A stretch of 64,000 nt of DNA from contig CAJINV010000004.1 of the NCBI GenBank assembly GCA_905178155.1, positions 690,629 to 754,628 on the forward strand, given 5' to 3'. The translations under genes and the position numbers were made by a program. The notes beneath the pieces were generated by a model, which was given only the letters and a program-made list of their open reading frames with translations, was not told the DNA's origin and made no database searches. Positions 22,901 to 33,903 of this stretch are shown piece after piece. Numbering within the stretch: the first letter of the stretch is position 1; each line of letters starts with the position of its first letter. Source of the stretch: Amoebophrya sp. A120. Lineage: Eukaryota > Protista > Dinoflagellata.

Positions 22901-25900
22901 GCTGGCTGCTCCAGTGCTTTTCATCATGGCACCCGCATCATTTTCATCGTCTACAACTTCGTGGCCGTTTCTATTTCGCTTGTTTTTGGCCTTGTTTTGT
23001 TTCAGTTTTTCTTGTGCTTGTCCAGTCCCTTGTGGTCCTGCTGCTCTCGTGTCTGCGTAGTTGCCCGCCGCAGCATTATTCAGATTCTTCCCGTGCTGGT
23101 CCTGTTCCCCTTCCCGGACTCCGACGAAGGGCATCCAATGGGTCAGGAGTTTGTACACCGCCAGCCGGGAACACAAAGTTGCCTTCTGGCGGTCGCACAG
23201 GATCGCTTTCAGTTGGTCGTGCTTTTCCTGGAGGTCCCGGAAAATTCTCGCCCGAATTTCGTCCAGTTGCTCTTGGTCCAGCTCGACGTTTTGGAGGTCA
23301 TCCTCATCGTCCGCGGCGTCGCTGTCCGTCGCATCAGAAATTATACCATCATCTTCGGAGCTGCCGTCTGCGAACGAGGCATCTTCATCTCCTGCGGGCG
23401 ACGCCTTGTCTTCCTGCTCATCCGAACGAAGCACCTTTCCTTTATCCGAATCATGATCCGATGAAGATGCTTCCTCAAAGCGCCGCCGCTTATTCTTTAA
23501 CATTTCGGCCTTGGAGGTCATCTTCTTCTGGTTCTTGCTTCCCGGGAGGAGCGCCTTCTTTTGCTCGAGGGAGCAGCCCCCGCCCGCACGAGACGAGGAA
23601 GTCGGCTTCAAGTGGGAAGTAGATCTGGATGAATTAGTATTCTTTGCGGCTGCAGCCATCTCAGCCTGCTCTTTCTCAGCCCTTATTTTCCGCAAAAATT
23701 TCTCCTGCGTCTTCCGTTCCAACCTTTCCCGCTTTTCCGCCTTTCTTCTCTCCCGGTAGAATTTCGCCTCCTTCCTCCGCACGCTTGCCGTAAACGCGTC
23801 CAGCTTTTCCATTTCGTTTTTGTAGTACAGCTCCGGCATTTTCACCCGAAGCAAAAAGTCCCAAGCGAGAAAATCCCCTTCCAAGCGCGCGGACCGCTTC
23901 TTTTTCGATAAATCACTGTAGGCGAGCAGCGTTTCTTCCAAATACTGCTTCATTTCCTCGTACTTTTCCAGCCGCAACATCACCTCCAGCAACCGGCAAT
24001 TCAGGTACCGCCAGAGCTGGGGCTTGCGGAGTCGTTGCACCGAGAAGGTCGACGTAGAATTTTGCTTGTTAAACGTGATCCGCGCGTCCGCCGGGCGGAA
24101 ATTCTGGATCAAAATCCGGTAGAACTCCTCACAGATCGACAGTTTCTCGTTCTTGATGTGGCGGAAATTGTCTACTTCTTTATTTACCAGGGGCCGCGTC
24201 GATGTTTTTGGAATAAGATGCTGCGAAGTTGTGGAATGATCGTTTATTATGTCCTCGCTTGATGTAGTTCTCTGTCTCTTTTTTCCTGGTGCACTGCCAG
24301 CAGCAAGCGCCCGCGCTCGCGTTTGCGTCCGCGTTCCGCTTCCCCCTTTTTCATTTCGTCCCGCGACCTCCTCCTCCAACACGACCTCCGGTATGCAGAG
24401 CACCCGGCACCAGAGTCGGACCAAATCTGCGCAGCCGGAGAAGTGCAGGACCGTGTTTTCCTGCGCCCAGCGGTCGTAGAGGTGGTTCAGCTTTTCGTTT
24501 TTCTTCGGCCCCAGCTTGACTTTCTCCTGGAGCCGGAGCGCGGCCTGGAGGCGCGCGAGCGGGGGGCGGTGGTGATCGCGATGGTCTTGTGCACAAGTTC
24601 GATTTTCCACAACATCGCCGTCGAGCCTCTCGTCGTGCGTGAAGAGCGGCGCCGGGACAAAACCAAAAGAAATCGCATCCATGTCCAGTTTCAACTTGTT
24701 ACCGTTCTTTATTCCAGTTGGCTTATTTGTTCTACCACTCTGATGCTGTTGACTCTCAGCTCCACCATTTCTTGTCGGGAAGTGTGGAGGCAGCATGGTC
24801 GTCAAGATTCGGTGCACCGTCGATTCACCATTCGTTCCGGCTCCTGCAAGTAGCTGCCCTTTTTTCGAAACGAGCTCCCTGGCCTCCATCCATTCTTCGA
24901 AGAAGAATGGAAAGCGAAAGCTTTTGGCTCTAGTTCCCCCAGATGTTGAGAGTACATCAAGATCGGAGTAGTTCTGCTTCTGGACCAAATCTGCGTAGGA
25001 TTCGAGGGATTGTAGCGGAGAAAGAGGTCGTGCTGTCGTCGTGGGCCGGCGCGTGGTATCACGACCATCAGCTCCATTTCCTTTTTCTTCAACGGCCGTA
25101 AAAGAACGTTCCGGAGGACGGGCTGCTCCGGGTGAAAAATCTACTAGATCTTCTTCCATCAACAGCCGCAACAGTCGCCCCTCCCAGTCCGCCCCCTCGC
25201 AGTCCAAGACTTGGCAAAATTCCGAGCTGTACTCACTGAAAAAAGCCTCCAGCGGCATGGCGATTTCCTGCAGCTCCTGGTCCGCGTAGTCGATTTTGTT
25301 GGTCTGCTTCAAATCCTGAAACGGGTGCTGCTGCGCCGGCAGGTGCGTCAAATTCGGACGCTGCGTCAATAGGGCCGCGAACAGCTTCTCGTGGAAGTTC
25401 GTGAAGGTCGTTGTAATCGAAGGAGGATGAACATCTTCGCCACGTCGGGAATCTGGACGCGAACTGGATGAAGGAGCCGAAGTTCTTGTACCATGATTTT
25501 CTGTGCTGGCAGTATAACAATTCAGCGACTCGTGGAGCAAGGACACGAGCTCCGAGCGGTCGAGCTTCGCCTGGAAGCCCTGGGTGACAAGAAACTGACA
25601 CGGGTGGACGGCGGCGACAAACTTTTTCTCACGAAGATGCGCAGCAGTTTCCGTTTCGTCGTCTCCATCTTGTTCGGAATAATTAGCTTGGCGTCGTTTG
25701 GCTGGCGTTCCACTTTTCCCCCCGCCGGGAAGATGCTGAAAATTGTCCTGCTCGTTCTCCTTGTCCAACAAGCTCAACATTTCGGCATCCGAGTCCTCAA
25801 TCGCGCCAGCACGACTTCCTGGTTTGTCGTTGTTCCTCTTCCCATCTTCGCTTTCAACATTATTTCCAACAACGCTCCGCCGTCGCGAATGCCCTCCTCC

Positions 25901-26365
25901 TCCACCTACACTTTGCCCGGTTAGCATCCCCACCGTGCCACGAAAGAGCTCGTTTTTCCGAAAGTGGCTCCAAGGCTCGTGGTCGTGCGGCGCCCGGGCC
26001 CAGCTGTTGTGCAGGGTGGGGAAGGGATAGCGTGTCGTGTCATGCTGGTCGTGCATGACAGTGCCACCTTCTTTTGCTGGTGTCGTCGATGGTCTTCGCG
26101 TGTTTGATGTTCTTTCCCACGGCCGGGAGGACGACGACGAACTCCCGCCGATTTGCTCGTTAGGAAACAAGAGGGAGGAGCTTGAAGAACTCATTGTTCT
26201 GTTTAAGGTTTGTTGATCTTTACAATCTCGTGTAATACAGTAGTTCGGTTGTAATGGTAATAGAGCTCCATCCTGATTCAAAATCGATACAGAGGACGAG
26301 GGGATCGAATGTATAATGGAGCGGGAAAACAAATGTATACACTCAATAAGAGCTTGAGACTTCAC
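16937..26365 (-). CDS. Giant intronless hypothetical protein (about 3100 aa), largely low-complexity, Lys/Ala/Ser-rich C-terminus
   Basis: Uninterrupted 9.4-kb ORF; probable ATG at about 26194 (MSSSS). Helical-looking blocks are present but no family was recognised. Confidence 0.8.
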   Translation of the reverse strand: MKSQALIECIHLFSRSIIHSIPSSSVSILNQDGALLPLQPNYCITRDCKDQQTLNRTMSSSSSSLLFPNEQIGGSSSSSSRPWERTSNTRRPSTTPAKEGGTVMHDQHDTTRYPFPTLHNSWARAPHDHEPWSHFRKNELFRGTVGMLTGQSVGGGGGHSRRRSVVGNNVESEDGKRNNDKPGSRAGAIEDSDAEMLSLLDKENEQDNFQHLPGGGKSGTPAKRRQANYSEQDGDDETETAAHLREKKFVAAVHPCQFLVTQGFQAKLDRSELVSLLHESLNCYTASTENHGTRTSAPSSSSRPDSRRGEDVHPPSITTTFTNFHEKLFAALLTQRPNLTHLPAQQHPFQDLKQTNKIDYADQELQEIAMPLEAFFSEYSSEFCQVLDCEGADWEGRLLRLLMEEDLVDFSPGAARPPERSFTAVEEKGNGADGRDTTRRPTTTARPLSPLQSLESYADLVQKQNYSDLDVLSTSGGTRAKSFRFPFFFEEWMEARELVSKKGQLLAGAGTNGESTVHRILTTMLPPHFPTRNGGAESQQHQSGRTNKPTGIKNGNKLKLDMDAISFGFVPAPLFTHDERLDGDVVENRTCAQDHRDHHRPPLARLQAALRLQEKVKLGPKKNEKLNHLYDRWAQENTVLHFSGCADLVRLWCRVLCIPEVVLEEEVAGRNEKGGSGTRTQTRARALAAGSAPGKKRQRTTSSEDIINDHSTTSQHLIPKTSTRPLVNKEVDNFRHIKNEKLSICEEFYRILIQNFRPADARITFNKQNSTSTFSVQRLRKPQLWRYLNCRLLEVMLRLEKYEEMKQYLEETLLAYSDLSKKKRSARLEGDFLAWDFLLRVKMPELYYKNEMEKLDAFTASVRRKEAKFYRERRKAEKRERLERKTQEKFLRKIRAEKEQAEMAAAAKNTNSSRSTSHLKPTSSSRAGGGCSLEQKKALLPGSKNQKKMTSKAEMLKNKRRRFEEASSSDHDSDKGKVLRSDEQEDKASPAGDEDASFADGSSEDDGIISDATDSDAADDEDDLQNVELDQEQLDEIRARIFRDLQEKHDQLKAILCDRQKATLCSRLAVYKLLTHWMPFVGVREGEQDQHGKNLNNAAAGNYADTRAAGPQGTGQAQEKLKQNKAKNKRNRNGHEVVDDENDAGAMMKSTGAASSSTSHSCASGVPPPAVSSFELPRTNLLFLESDSAAKFALTTNANYSHSSFSTEASAMHGLTSTFGDELKFEYCKRSHGLLSFQPMLQTGISILQNCDGEPLLIEYVKTGLKEKTMVGKRNRGQTLDGYLKLVCKWVNASYNCNDSGGGRKHSSVLEWHKTTTTEGPKKRNDVVHGAAGDENARSNIPAAGTATVASSPVLDDCEASPLFFRCVLNCDHQDRLDEVREDLESRKKAQGRGQATALPEEEQDDELDALFREDGDEHDGDKNGESLAAASDNIDDDIEDEEDDLLADDNTKKTTRKKIAPKPKAREEMNKKEMIIKAGSGRANRIRDVTLWNQKVQEKFSPLVGRFLLSRKDGTEIELRDPAREILNGKMRRQQKNKNVRSSNSKIIGLSVSDEEDEIEDHDGNQTDVTGYLSDSTFGTASRLGDDADTLYQDGPPRKRRKSERGKDKKPRQRRFWKKPGDVDNLEGDEREEAANGIYSQKEHKPAPRRTSVCSTTTRKSPNETRKDFEKTELAWLFAALLKCLQVQSTTSAWLWVLELLTRKDTGAILCKELVPDWFFCNIMVPLSMTQCAVSGGSAGDRGILPPAASRDGIPAAVVPAPPRGSGLDASLIFKPFAYEIEQQQRKMKLLMLSGNQNKLDIRRTWNTEVNPQSVAVDVAQVEPAAPPIVVHPQSRNSRLSVGGPGARRKSLSSRKSVVGAAPKGSLEVVDGELEFLNGKNKDEHDIAFPPPTQNMNSQRGEQDEGTRLTCAAGSATGRANFACAVENFKGSSSCRPNPAFVGIYRDRLESLYWAVDSGSRTPKSKAAVAASISPASSSTPSTPVSGQHLVVFAKILLLAAVGPRRRPVLEKKNTSDGRSAVNRSFLPGRGAHDDGERQLSRALGAANIRPPPAKTRLMNLLQPFVVRSKSCSLKTSSKSSTFDEARESPTAASTAFFSTPSSGPQHQLLRLVESCFSETWLDIPEFPAIWLRIVERDAKLWGASLWGFCRRYSLPIYHDVALAGDDAAGGTGRERVPAASSMSISKSSKATTAAAVLLHDERQVEPTFRLRHSLIGAEAEQNAPAASLKRTSSDLLRSGAALTTSNQTSVAAGGDRGQQNKRKVVWEEEVPVEKSKHEGTEHELPGTTQQELLAETDHAERGAGEELSSCSSQNDKGGRRYSVSCKKAPPVKKTKTMIITPMKNAPAGKTPMKRGRKSSVVEVMSDSNAEPGQAGKKKDEVALAAPANIEVEPDQLADGHGVAAAARASAQALQNENEDPHKNESSYATSMKKGKATQQVKKAKAQKQSTKSDGEDEQGQKAGALAPEGEEVAPQLQISFSEAEEAASSTAGVDLDGKKMNKKRTRRNTSTRSTPVAEGDLFDNGKKKEIGNRNRQVVRDQDAQEDIKSSASTISTSMKRRNKKAKIEQEGPQDVVPSRSTPAAPCSSNKPPLPADDIAHSGGPQNAEDEKRPNSSKRFSVSCKKAPSATPMKRSRKGSAFVSDAESNYSEAKSQQHNTAKPATLAQTSGRGVDEGVIEPAEVLLLGLADSKKKRRKKEKQELLDRHDGVEVDKKAPPPPVVVVNSSSRSQQAPAGDEDENENLKKGKTPSTPKAKAKAPKAAKPEAGRASVVVLAADGPESSSGVSILAPSPKSPAGGVMKLQGKEQTSAKSNSVPASPKAAKAKASQPAVPPIKIMSAGARSRSRSTRGATAKAAPPVGAPVHEVDSGRKMPPPPAQPSTPKRNKSMKSVKLLQDDEAGKKATAKEPARSGTNDLVVPAAQNAKAGRRRATTPATGIKQSPKAKPKAKANKATGGDTGAGAASSADKNLQDLLDGSSTLSSSKAVEREDTSRKMNTEAEGNTVAPTARGASPAGRRAMKKASSTTTANNDDVPASSSAASSSSASAALQEVVAQTGKKRNARNNSNGGPAVSRGGADPASSSKSDATKKAKKEKAQVAAPVDVADKSCEATAETNKKVPMKSKATSKHSSKNKSPEDK

Positions 26366-27722
26366 TTACGACTCTATGTTGAATAGCTAACTTTCGTATT
26401 TTTACTTACTCACGGTACTTACTTAGAGATTTTCGACCTCCTGTAGCGTTTTTCACGAAATTCCGAATAATGTTGACAACACGAATTGAACCATGAGAAG
26501 AGAGTTGCGAAACATGATCGGATCATAATTTTTTCGGCCTAGAAAATGAGAACAATTTTCATTTTCTTCCGGTGCTTACCAAGCAACCTCGCAGGATTTG
26601 GTCTGAAGATCGATGGATACATTCCCATTATTTTTGATCGGGGTGATGAATCTGGATCCAGATTTTCATCTTCGTTATTTGTGATCAACAAACCAGGATC
26701 GTGCTGTGCCTTTGAGAATCAATCTTCTTTCCTGCTCCTACATGCGCGGTCTCCTGGGCACATGACGGGGAAGAAGAGCAAGTACGAAGATTTCGCAATG
26801 AATGATCTTGATCCACTCTATTTTCGACTTGCCGAAGTGCATCAATCCAACGACGATCTTGCGCTTGCCACTAAATTTTCACAGCGGACAAGAGGAGCAC
26901 GTAGCACTTACTCAAACCGACAATGGCATAGCATGGCTCGTCGTGGTTGATCTTATTATTATTCATCATTCGAGAGATGAACAACGCGGCTTGACACGCA
27001 GCATAATTGCACCTGCTACTCGTTTTGGCAACTCGCTTAAGCAAGACTCCGAGGCCGCTTTCTCGGGACATCTGAAGACCAAGAGTTATTTTTGTTGCGC
27101 CAGGAGAGAGATAAATTGTACGTATTGAAAGCGGAATTGTAACTCCGGTTTCTACCCCGATTTAGTCTCAGCAGCACAGTAATGATGCGGTGCTGGTCGT
27201 GCAGATATTTATTACGTAATAAATAGTAATTGTAATACAGGTATAATAGGCGGCATCAAACACAAACTCAGAGCAACAATTTCTTCCACGAGGAGGACAA
27301 GAGGTATCTATACGGTTTTTTCTTTTTCAGTACAAGTACAACAAGGGACAGCGCGATTTTAGAAAGGAATTAGCGATACTAGGGATAGTGGTGTGCTGGT
27401 CGTCTTTTTCACGCATTGAATTGCAAGAACATCTTTCTGAATACATCTGTGGCTGTAGGATAAAATGCAAACAAATGGGAATGAAACGCGCGTGAGCGTT
27501 AGAATTCCCTCGGCGTACCCCGAAGCGACAGGTCACCCTCATATTCAAAGTAAACCATGGATAGCAACAAGCTAGCAGAGGCAGTTGTAGCCATAAGCAT
27601 AACGTAGGTATAAACTTTCAGTAGAACAAGTAACGCTAACGCCATCACCCTCTTCAACATAGTTAGTGTCTACTGGACGAAGTAGACGATGAAGAACATA
27701 AACACTAACACACATAGGCAAC

Positions 27723-30700
27723 TCACTTTCTGGGATAGCAGGCGCGTTTGCTGCTGTGCCTCACTCCGCAGAGGCATCGCACTATTCCGTCGGTAGGGGC
27801 AAGAAAGCCCGTGCTGTCAACATTGTGGCTTTGTTTGCCTTCGTCCTGGATATCTTGTACTGCGTTTTGATTTGTGACACTAATGGCGGCAGGTGTTGAA
27901 CTTGAAGCGGTCCCGACGTGGTGGTCATCTCTCTGCTGGCCCCCAGGTACGACCAGTGCTTGCGCAAGACTGTCTTCGTCTCTCTGCTGGTCTTGTCGTT
28001 TTTCTTCTTTGTCTTGGACGACAACTGGCGCAACTCCAGAAGACCGCGCTGCCAATTCATTTTTGGTATAAGAAGTAGTCATCTTCCCGTGGTGATCTTT
28101 CTGTTCCCCAGGCACCACAATTTGCGCAAGCGGTTGCACCACGGCGTGCACCCAGGAGTCCCCGGAAGAAGTTCGGGGCTTCTTTTGGTAGTGGTGGGTC
28201 GTGGAAAATGTTTGTTCTTGTTGCTCTTTATCGACGACACTCGTCCTCTGCTTGTTCGGGGGAATCTGACCTTCTGGCATTGCAGCAGGCGATGCTGATG
28301 ATGCCCCTGGTGCCGGCGCTGTCCTCTCGCGGTGGTGGGGTACTATCTCGCCTTGCGGCTGCTCAGCGGATTTGTCTGCGGCACAGGGTGGAAACGATGT
28401 CGACAATTGGTTTCCATGAAAAATGTGCCTGCTTCCATTCGAGTTGCTGTCGAAGACAGACTGAAAGTCTTGATCATCGTCTAGTACTCCGGCAGAAAGT
28501 TCGTCCCGATCCTCCAAAACGTCGTCAAATGTCAACTTTCGCTTCGCAGTTTTCTTTTTTATCTCATTTTCATATTTGGAGGAACCTTCTCGCGCCGGGA
28601 TATCATGAGCCGCGAAATTGCTGCTATCTTGCTTTTGCTTTTTCGCTGCGGGAAGCAGTGGTCCCTCTTCTTGATCTACTTCTACTTCTTCCCGGTACTT
28701 AATATTGCTATCTTGACGTCGCTTCTTTTCAAAAAATTCAGCTGCAGCAGCTTCACGAATACTTTTCACAGCACCGACACTTCCTGCCGCCGCCACCGGT
28801 ACAGCTACAGCCCCGCCGCCCATGGAATCTTCCCTCGACAGGCTGTTGTTGAGTTGAAAGCTGTTATTCAGCGACGCGTTTACCGCCTCCAGCTCGCTGG
28901 AGTGGCCGCGGATCGGGCTCAGCTCCAAGGAGAAGTTACTCGACCGGGACTTTTTCTGGTCCTTCCGATTCGATAGTGCAGCTTGGTCCTGCTCGTTGGA
29001 GGTAGCGTTCATCACAATTGGCAGGTCTGCAGCACCGCCACCAGGAGCTCCTCCGCCTGTAGCTCGGGAGTTGAGGGAAGAGGTCTTTTTCGAAGAGGCT
29101 TTTTTCAAGCCCTGCAAAAGCTGCCCCGTTGCCCCGGTGATGAGCTCCGTGGAGAACCGGAGCATCGTCACCGCACGGCTTGTAGAGGACGAAGATGAAG
29201 ATGAACTTGAGGCCGCAGGAGGAGGAGCAGCAGTGGTTGGTTGTGCTGGCGGTTCATCCGGTTGCGGTTGTGCTTGTGGTCCTTGCTCACTTCTGCCCCT
29301 GTGGATATCTATTTCTTGGTCTACTTCGGAAGTACGCATAATTGGTGGATCATCGTCAACCACCACACTTCTTCTCGAGAATGCCGGCTGAGCAGGTGGG
29401 GCTTCGAGAAATCCTCCTGCCAAATTGTTGTCCTTATCGAAGAACATGCTGCCACTGGATAACCGGGCTCGACTGCGTTTCGCTTTGCCGTTCATCATCA
29501 TCTTTCCTTCCGCTAGTTGTAGTGCCTCACCATGGTCGTTTTTATCGTGTTTTCTTTCGGAATTGATTCTTTCCTCTTCCACATTATTTCCCCCGCTCTG
29601 TGGAGAGAAAAACATCTCGTCATCGTCAATGTTTTCTGTGTCCGCCCGTTGTACATGTTCATCTCCTTTTGAAGCCGCAACTGGACTGCGTATAACTTCA
29701 TGTAGTTGATGAGGCCCCCCAGCAAATCTTGTTGAACCTTCTGCTTCTTCACGTTTTGCGGTTTGATGTGCGTCTGCTTGGTGCGACTTTATTGTAGCCT
29801 CAGTTGTTTCATTCCCAAGAAACAAAGTTGAATGCTGCTCCATTTCATCAATCCCTGCTCGTGCTGCAATTGGCGATTGCAAAGTGGGAAAGTTTTTATC
29901 CACCCGCCCAGAAGATGAAGTATCGAGTTCTGCTCCTGTCATCTCAGGGATGAATGACGGCCGCTTCAGCCTCCGCGTAGAAGTCTCATTTCGGGTTGCG
30001 GCATGATTTTTTCCACCTACATTCATTCTCCCAACTACCGCTGCGTCTTTCTCCTTGTCGCTTCCACAAGGTGCAGTTGCGTTTTTCTTCTCAGCAAGAT
30101 TTTCTTCTTCATCACAAAATATGACTTGCTCAAACGTTACAATCTCAAGCGTTACAATAGAATGTGAGATTTGTCTTGCATGATGAGCATGACAGACTCG
30201 CAGAGCGTTCCACTTTCTGCAATACAAATTTCGCCAGATTGTAGTGGGGTTTGATGCTCCGGAACCTGTCATGCGCAATCCTATGAGAATTGGCTAGATC
30301 ATGCATTCTTGCATCACAGATTTCCAAATTCTATTGTAACGTTTGAGATTGTAACACCTGAGCGGGTTATACAAAACCTGTCGTTTTTCAACAGTTGAAA
30401 GTTCGGTCTTTCCCACACCCTATCAACTGTAAAAGTGTCTGGGTCTGGAAGAATTCATGTTTGTCATGCTTGTCTGGCATGACTCTTAAATCTGTCATGC
30501 ACGTTACCAAAGAGCTCCGTTTTTCTGTGATGCAGAAGCGCACTTTGTCATGCAGAATAGGCAACACCTAGGAGCTCAGAAACTTGCCATGCTGAGCCAG
30601 CATTTGCAGCCTCATCATGAGACGCGACCCAGCATCACAAGTTTCCAGACCCAGACATTTTTACATTTGATACACCCCGGATTTCCGTCGCTGGCGGTTG

Positions 30701-33700
30701 CTCCCCCCAGAGGATGGCGACAACACATTTGAGCGCTGCGAGTTCTGGGAAAAAGCGGAGAAGGCAGAGCGTTGGGAGAACTGCGAAAAGGGCGGGTCTT
30801 TATTGTTATTTTCGTAGTTGGACCTCTGCGAATTCTGGGAGAAGTACTGCGATTTGTTCGTTTTGCCCGTCTTTTGTAGAGAACCGTCCGAACTGCAGCT
30901 GCCGCCGGTGAAAAACACGTTGGAGTTGACGGACGAGAGAGCGTGACTGTGCTGGCCGTTATTGTTCATCTGCTTGTGGTTCCGATTGTTGTTCTGCAGT
31001 ACCGGGGTCAGCAAGGTCGTCGTGCTCGAGGAGCTCGCGCCGGCTCCTGCTCCTGTGCCTATTGCTTTTGCAGCGCCGTCTGCGCTCGCATTATGAAATA
31101 ACGGAGGTGAAGAAGAAGATGCTGCCCCACCAGCGGTCACGGTCTGTAGATCATTTGAGGTGCTGGTTATCTGGTGTTTATTCGCAGCTTCATCGACGTC
31201 CAAGGAGTTTGCCACTCCCACTTCCGCTAGAGGTACGTCTGCACGTGCAGCTGCAACTACATCTTCCACAACCACAGCTTCCTCCGGCGGCGCATCCGGA
31301 TCCGGCTGCGAAAAGAACTGCAATTCCACATCGTGAGTTTTGTCTTGATCCCCTCCAGATGGAGGGAGCTCCTGCTGCTGCTGCAGCATTAGAAACTCTT
31401 CGCTTTCCCTTTCATCGTCCGTTGTGTTTAACCTGACGAAAAGGTCCAGACCGGTCGTGTTCAGCGGATCATTCTCCTCGTCGAGAAGAAAGCTGTCATC
31501 CGAATTGCGCAGCTTATTGATCATAGCATTTGATGAACATGTTGGCTCATGATCCCCGCCTGTAGAGGACAAGAACGGGTGGAGAAAGCCCCCGCTTCTA
31601 GAAGTGCTGCGCTGTACTTGTCCAGAAGTAGTTCCTGTTCCACCGGCCGCTTGGTGGTCAAAGCGGGCCCCCGCCCAAAAGCTAGAAGACGAGGATCCTC
31701 CTGCAGTGCAGGAGCCCGTGCGGCCGTTTGGATCACCGGCAGAAGCCTGGTGGGCCCCGAGCGACGTTGTTTGAGCAGAAGTTGTACCACCTCCTCCCGC
31801 CGCGATTTCTTCCAGCGTTTCCACCTCCAAGTTTCGCTCGTACACCTCGTCGACGACCTCGCCGTGTACGGTGTAGGGAATCGGGCACGGGGGGTCCACG
31901 TCCTCCGATAATTGGTTGCCCGACGCGGACCGCAGCCGCCACAACTGGCTGATTTCTTCCTCGTGCCGGCTGATCTCGTACTCCCGGACCTCGCACTGCA
32001 CGGAACTCACCTGCGACAACAAACTCGACCGCAGCGGCGTCCCGGGCGGGCCGAGTGAGGACTTGTTGTGCTTGCTGCTGGAACGCCCACGGTTGCCGCC
32101 GCGATCGGGGCTCGGGGCAAAGATTTTCGACTGCGGCGACCCGCGGAGGGGCGAGGAGCGGAGGTTGAAAAGAACGGCCCCCGTGGCCGTTGTCTCAGGC
32201 GGGTGAAGAAGATCATGATCTCCCTGTCCACGACTTGGGTAGTTGTGTTCCTCTTTTTCTTGGTCACCGCCAGCACTGAATGAAGAGCGCTTCGAACTTC
32301 TTCTGCCATTACATCCGGCACGGATCCGCGGCGGAGATGCGGGCGGCTCATCTGCTGGACCACCATCACAATCATCGTCTTCGTCGAACAAGAAGCTTTG
32401 GTTCATCAGATCTCTTTTTGAGCGCTTATTTGGTCGCTTCGGAAGATTACTTCTTGCACCTGCATTTCCATTTCCTCCATTTTGATGGGTTGACATCAAG
32501 TCAGCATCGTCTCGCTGCTCCTCCTCCGAACTGCCGTCTAGACCGGGAAAGTGCACTTTGTCCATGAAAGAAACTTCCTCGTCGATGGTCACTTTCGATT
32601 TCGGCTTTCTTGGTGTGTTCGGCTTCTTCTTCTTGCTTTTGTGTTCACCAACATTTCTACTTGAAGTAGACGTGGTCGCAGCAGCAGCCCCCGGGTGGGC
32701 GAGGTCCTTTTCATCTTGGTGTTTGCCTACTCCTTCTTGTTGGTCTTTACTTCCACTGCTGCGACTCTCCGCACTTCTGCTCTTTTCGAACATGACCTGC
32801 TCGCCGGGCATCACGAAGGTTACGGGTTCGAAAGAGCGCGGCGGGGGCGAAGAGGAGGCGGAGGACGCCGGCGCGCCGGGTGCAATTACTTCTAAAGACC
32901 CCTTGTTCATCTTTGTCGCAGGTCTTGCAGCTCCTTTTTCATCATGAACTCCACAGAAACCGTCGTTCTCATCAAATACCCGGACGGAAACGGCGCTTCG
33001 TGCTTGTTTTCCATCGACTTCCACCTGGCTCGCTGACTCGCGGCCAACATCCTCTCCCTGGCGTTCTTCTTGATCTTCGTTTTTCTTCTCGCTGATGCGT
33101 GGCAAGAAGGCATCAAGTTGTTCTTGTGGGCTACTGCTGCTCCCACCCGCATTGTTCAAATTATCGAACATCAGCCGTACTCCGAATACTTCTTCCATCG
33201 GCGACGAAGCTGGGAGGTTAGAGTGAGCATCATTTTCCCTTCCAAACGCTCCACCCAGATTTTCCAGGAACGGATGGTGCTGACCGCGTATAATTCCATC
33301 ATGCGGCTGCAGGCCACGAGAAGCGCCGGCGGAGGTCCCGTAGTTGCTACAACTCGGCCCTCCAAAAAGAGTGGTTCCCCCACCGCAGTTTTTGGTATTA
33401 TCGCTCTGAGCGGGATGTTGACCACCTGCAACTCTAACAAGGCCTCCCCGCGCGCTCCCGCTGAGCAGGCCCCCCCGCTTGTTGGCGCTCCGGTGGCTGT
33501 GCAGTCCAAACCGCTTCTTGGTGCTGGAGAAATGGACGCGATTCTTGATACTCTGCTCCAGTAGCTGCCCCCCTCGGCAGCTGCTGCCTGGCGGTGGGGT
33601 CTTGTTGTTCAAGAATGGCGCATTCTCCTGCTTTCTCGCGCTCTTCAAACAACTCCTCAAAATCGACCCCGGCCCGCCCTGAGGGGTCGGAAGCGCGTCG

Positions 33701-33903
33701 GATCGCTTCGATTGGTTCGAATTCTGCAGGGAAGACAGCAAGTGGTTGGAGCTGCGGGGCAGGGCCTGTTTCGGCGTGGTGATCTGTTTCGGGGTTTCCA
33801 ACATGCGCAGCGCGGACGTGGGTGGCAGGTTGTCCGGCGAACCGGCGGGAAGGCTCTGCTCGAGTGGGAATGGACCTGAGGAGTGGGGTAAAGTGAATTT
33901 CAA
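27723..33903 (-). CDS. Large low-complexity hypothetical protein, 3 exons
   Basis: ORFs 30661-33903 and 27723-30278 are joined through a 62-nt exon (30358-30419, GVGKTELSTVEKRQVLYNPLR) after removing two TIR elements. Confidence 0.7.
30136..30355. mobile_element. TIR introner with a 28-bp TIR; predicted GT-AC intron 30136-30357
   Basis: GTTACAATCTCAAGCGTTACAATAGAAT / ATTCTATTGTAACGTTTGAGATTGTAAC; only a 2-bp flanking repeat; joins NPLR to FEQVIF. Confidence 0.8.
30421..30672. mobile_element. TIR introner, family A (252 bp)
   Basis: Left TIR TATCAACTGTAAAAGTGTCTGGGTCTGGAA, right TIR TTCCAGACCCAGACAT..ACATTTGATA; TSD caccc; interior similar to 5370-5625. Confidence 0.92.

Noticed and set aside
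17484-25924. Many plus-strand ORFs
   Set aside because: They are antisense shadows of the long minus-strand ORF.
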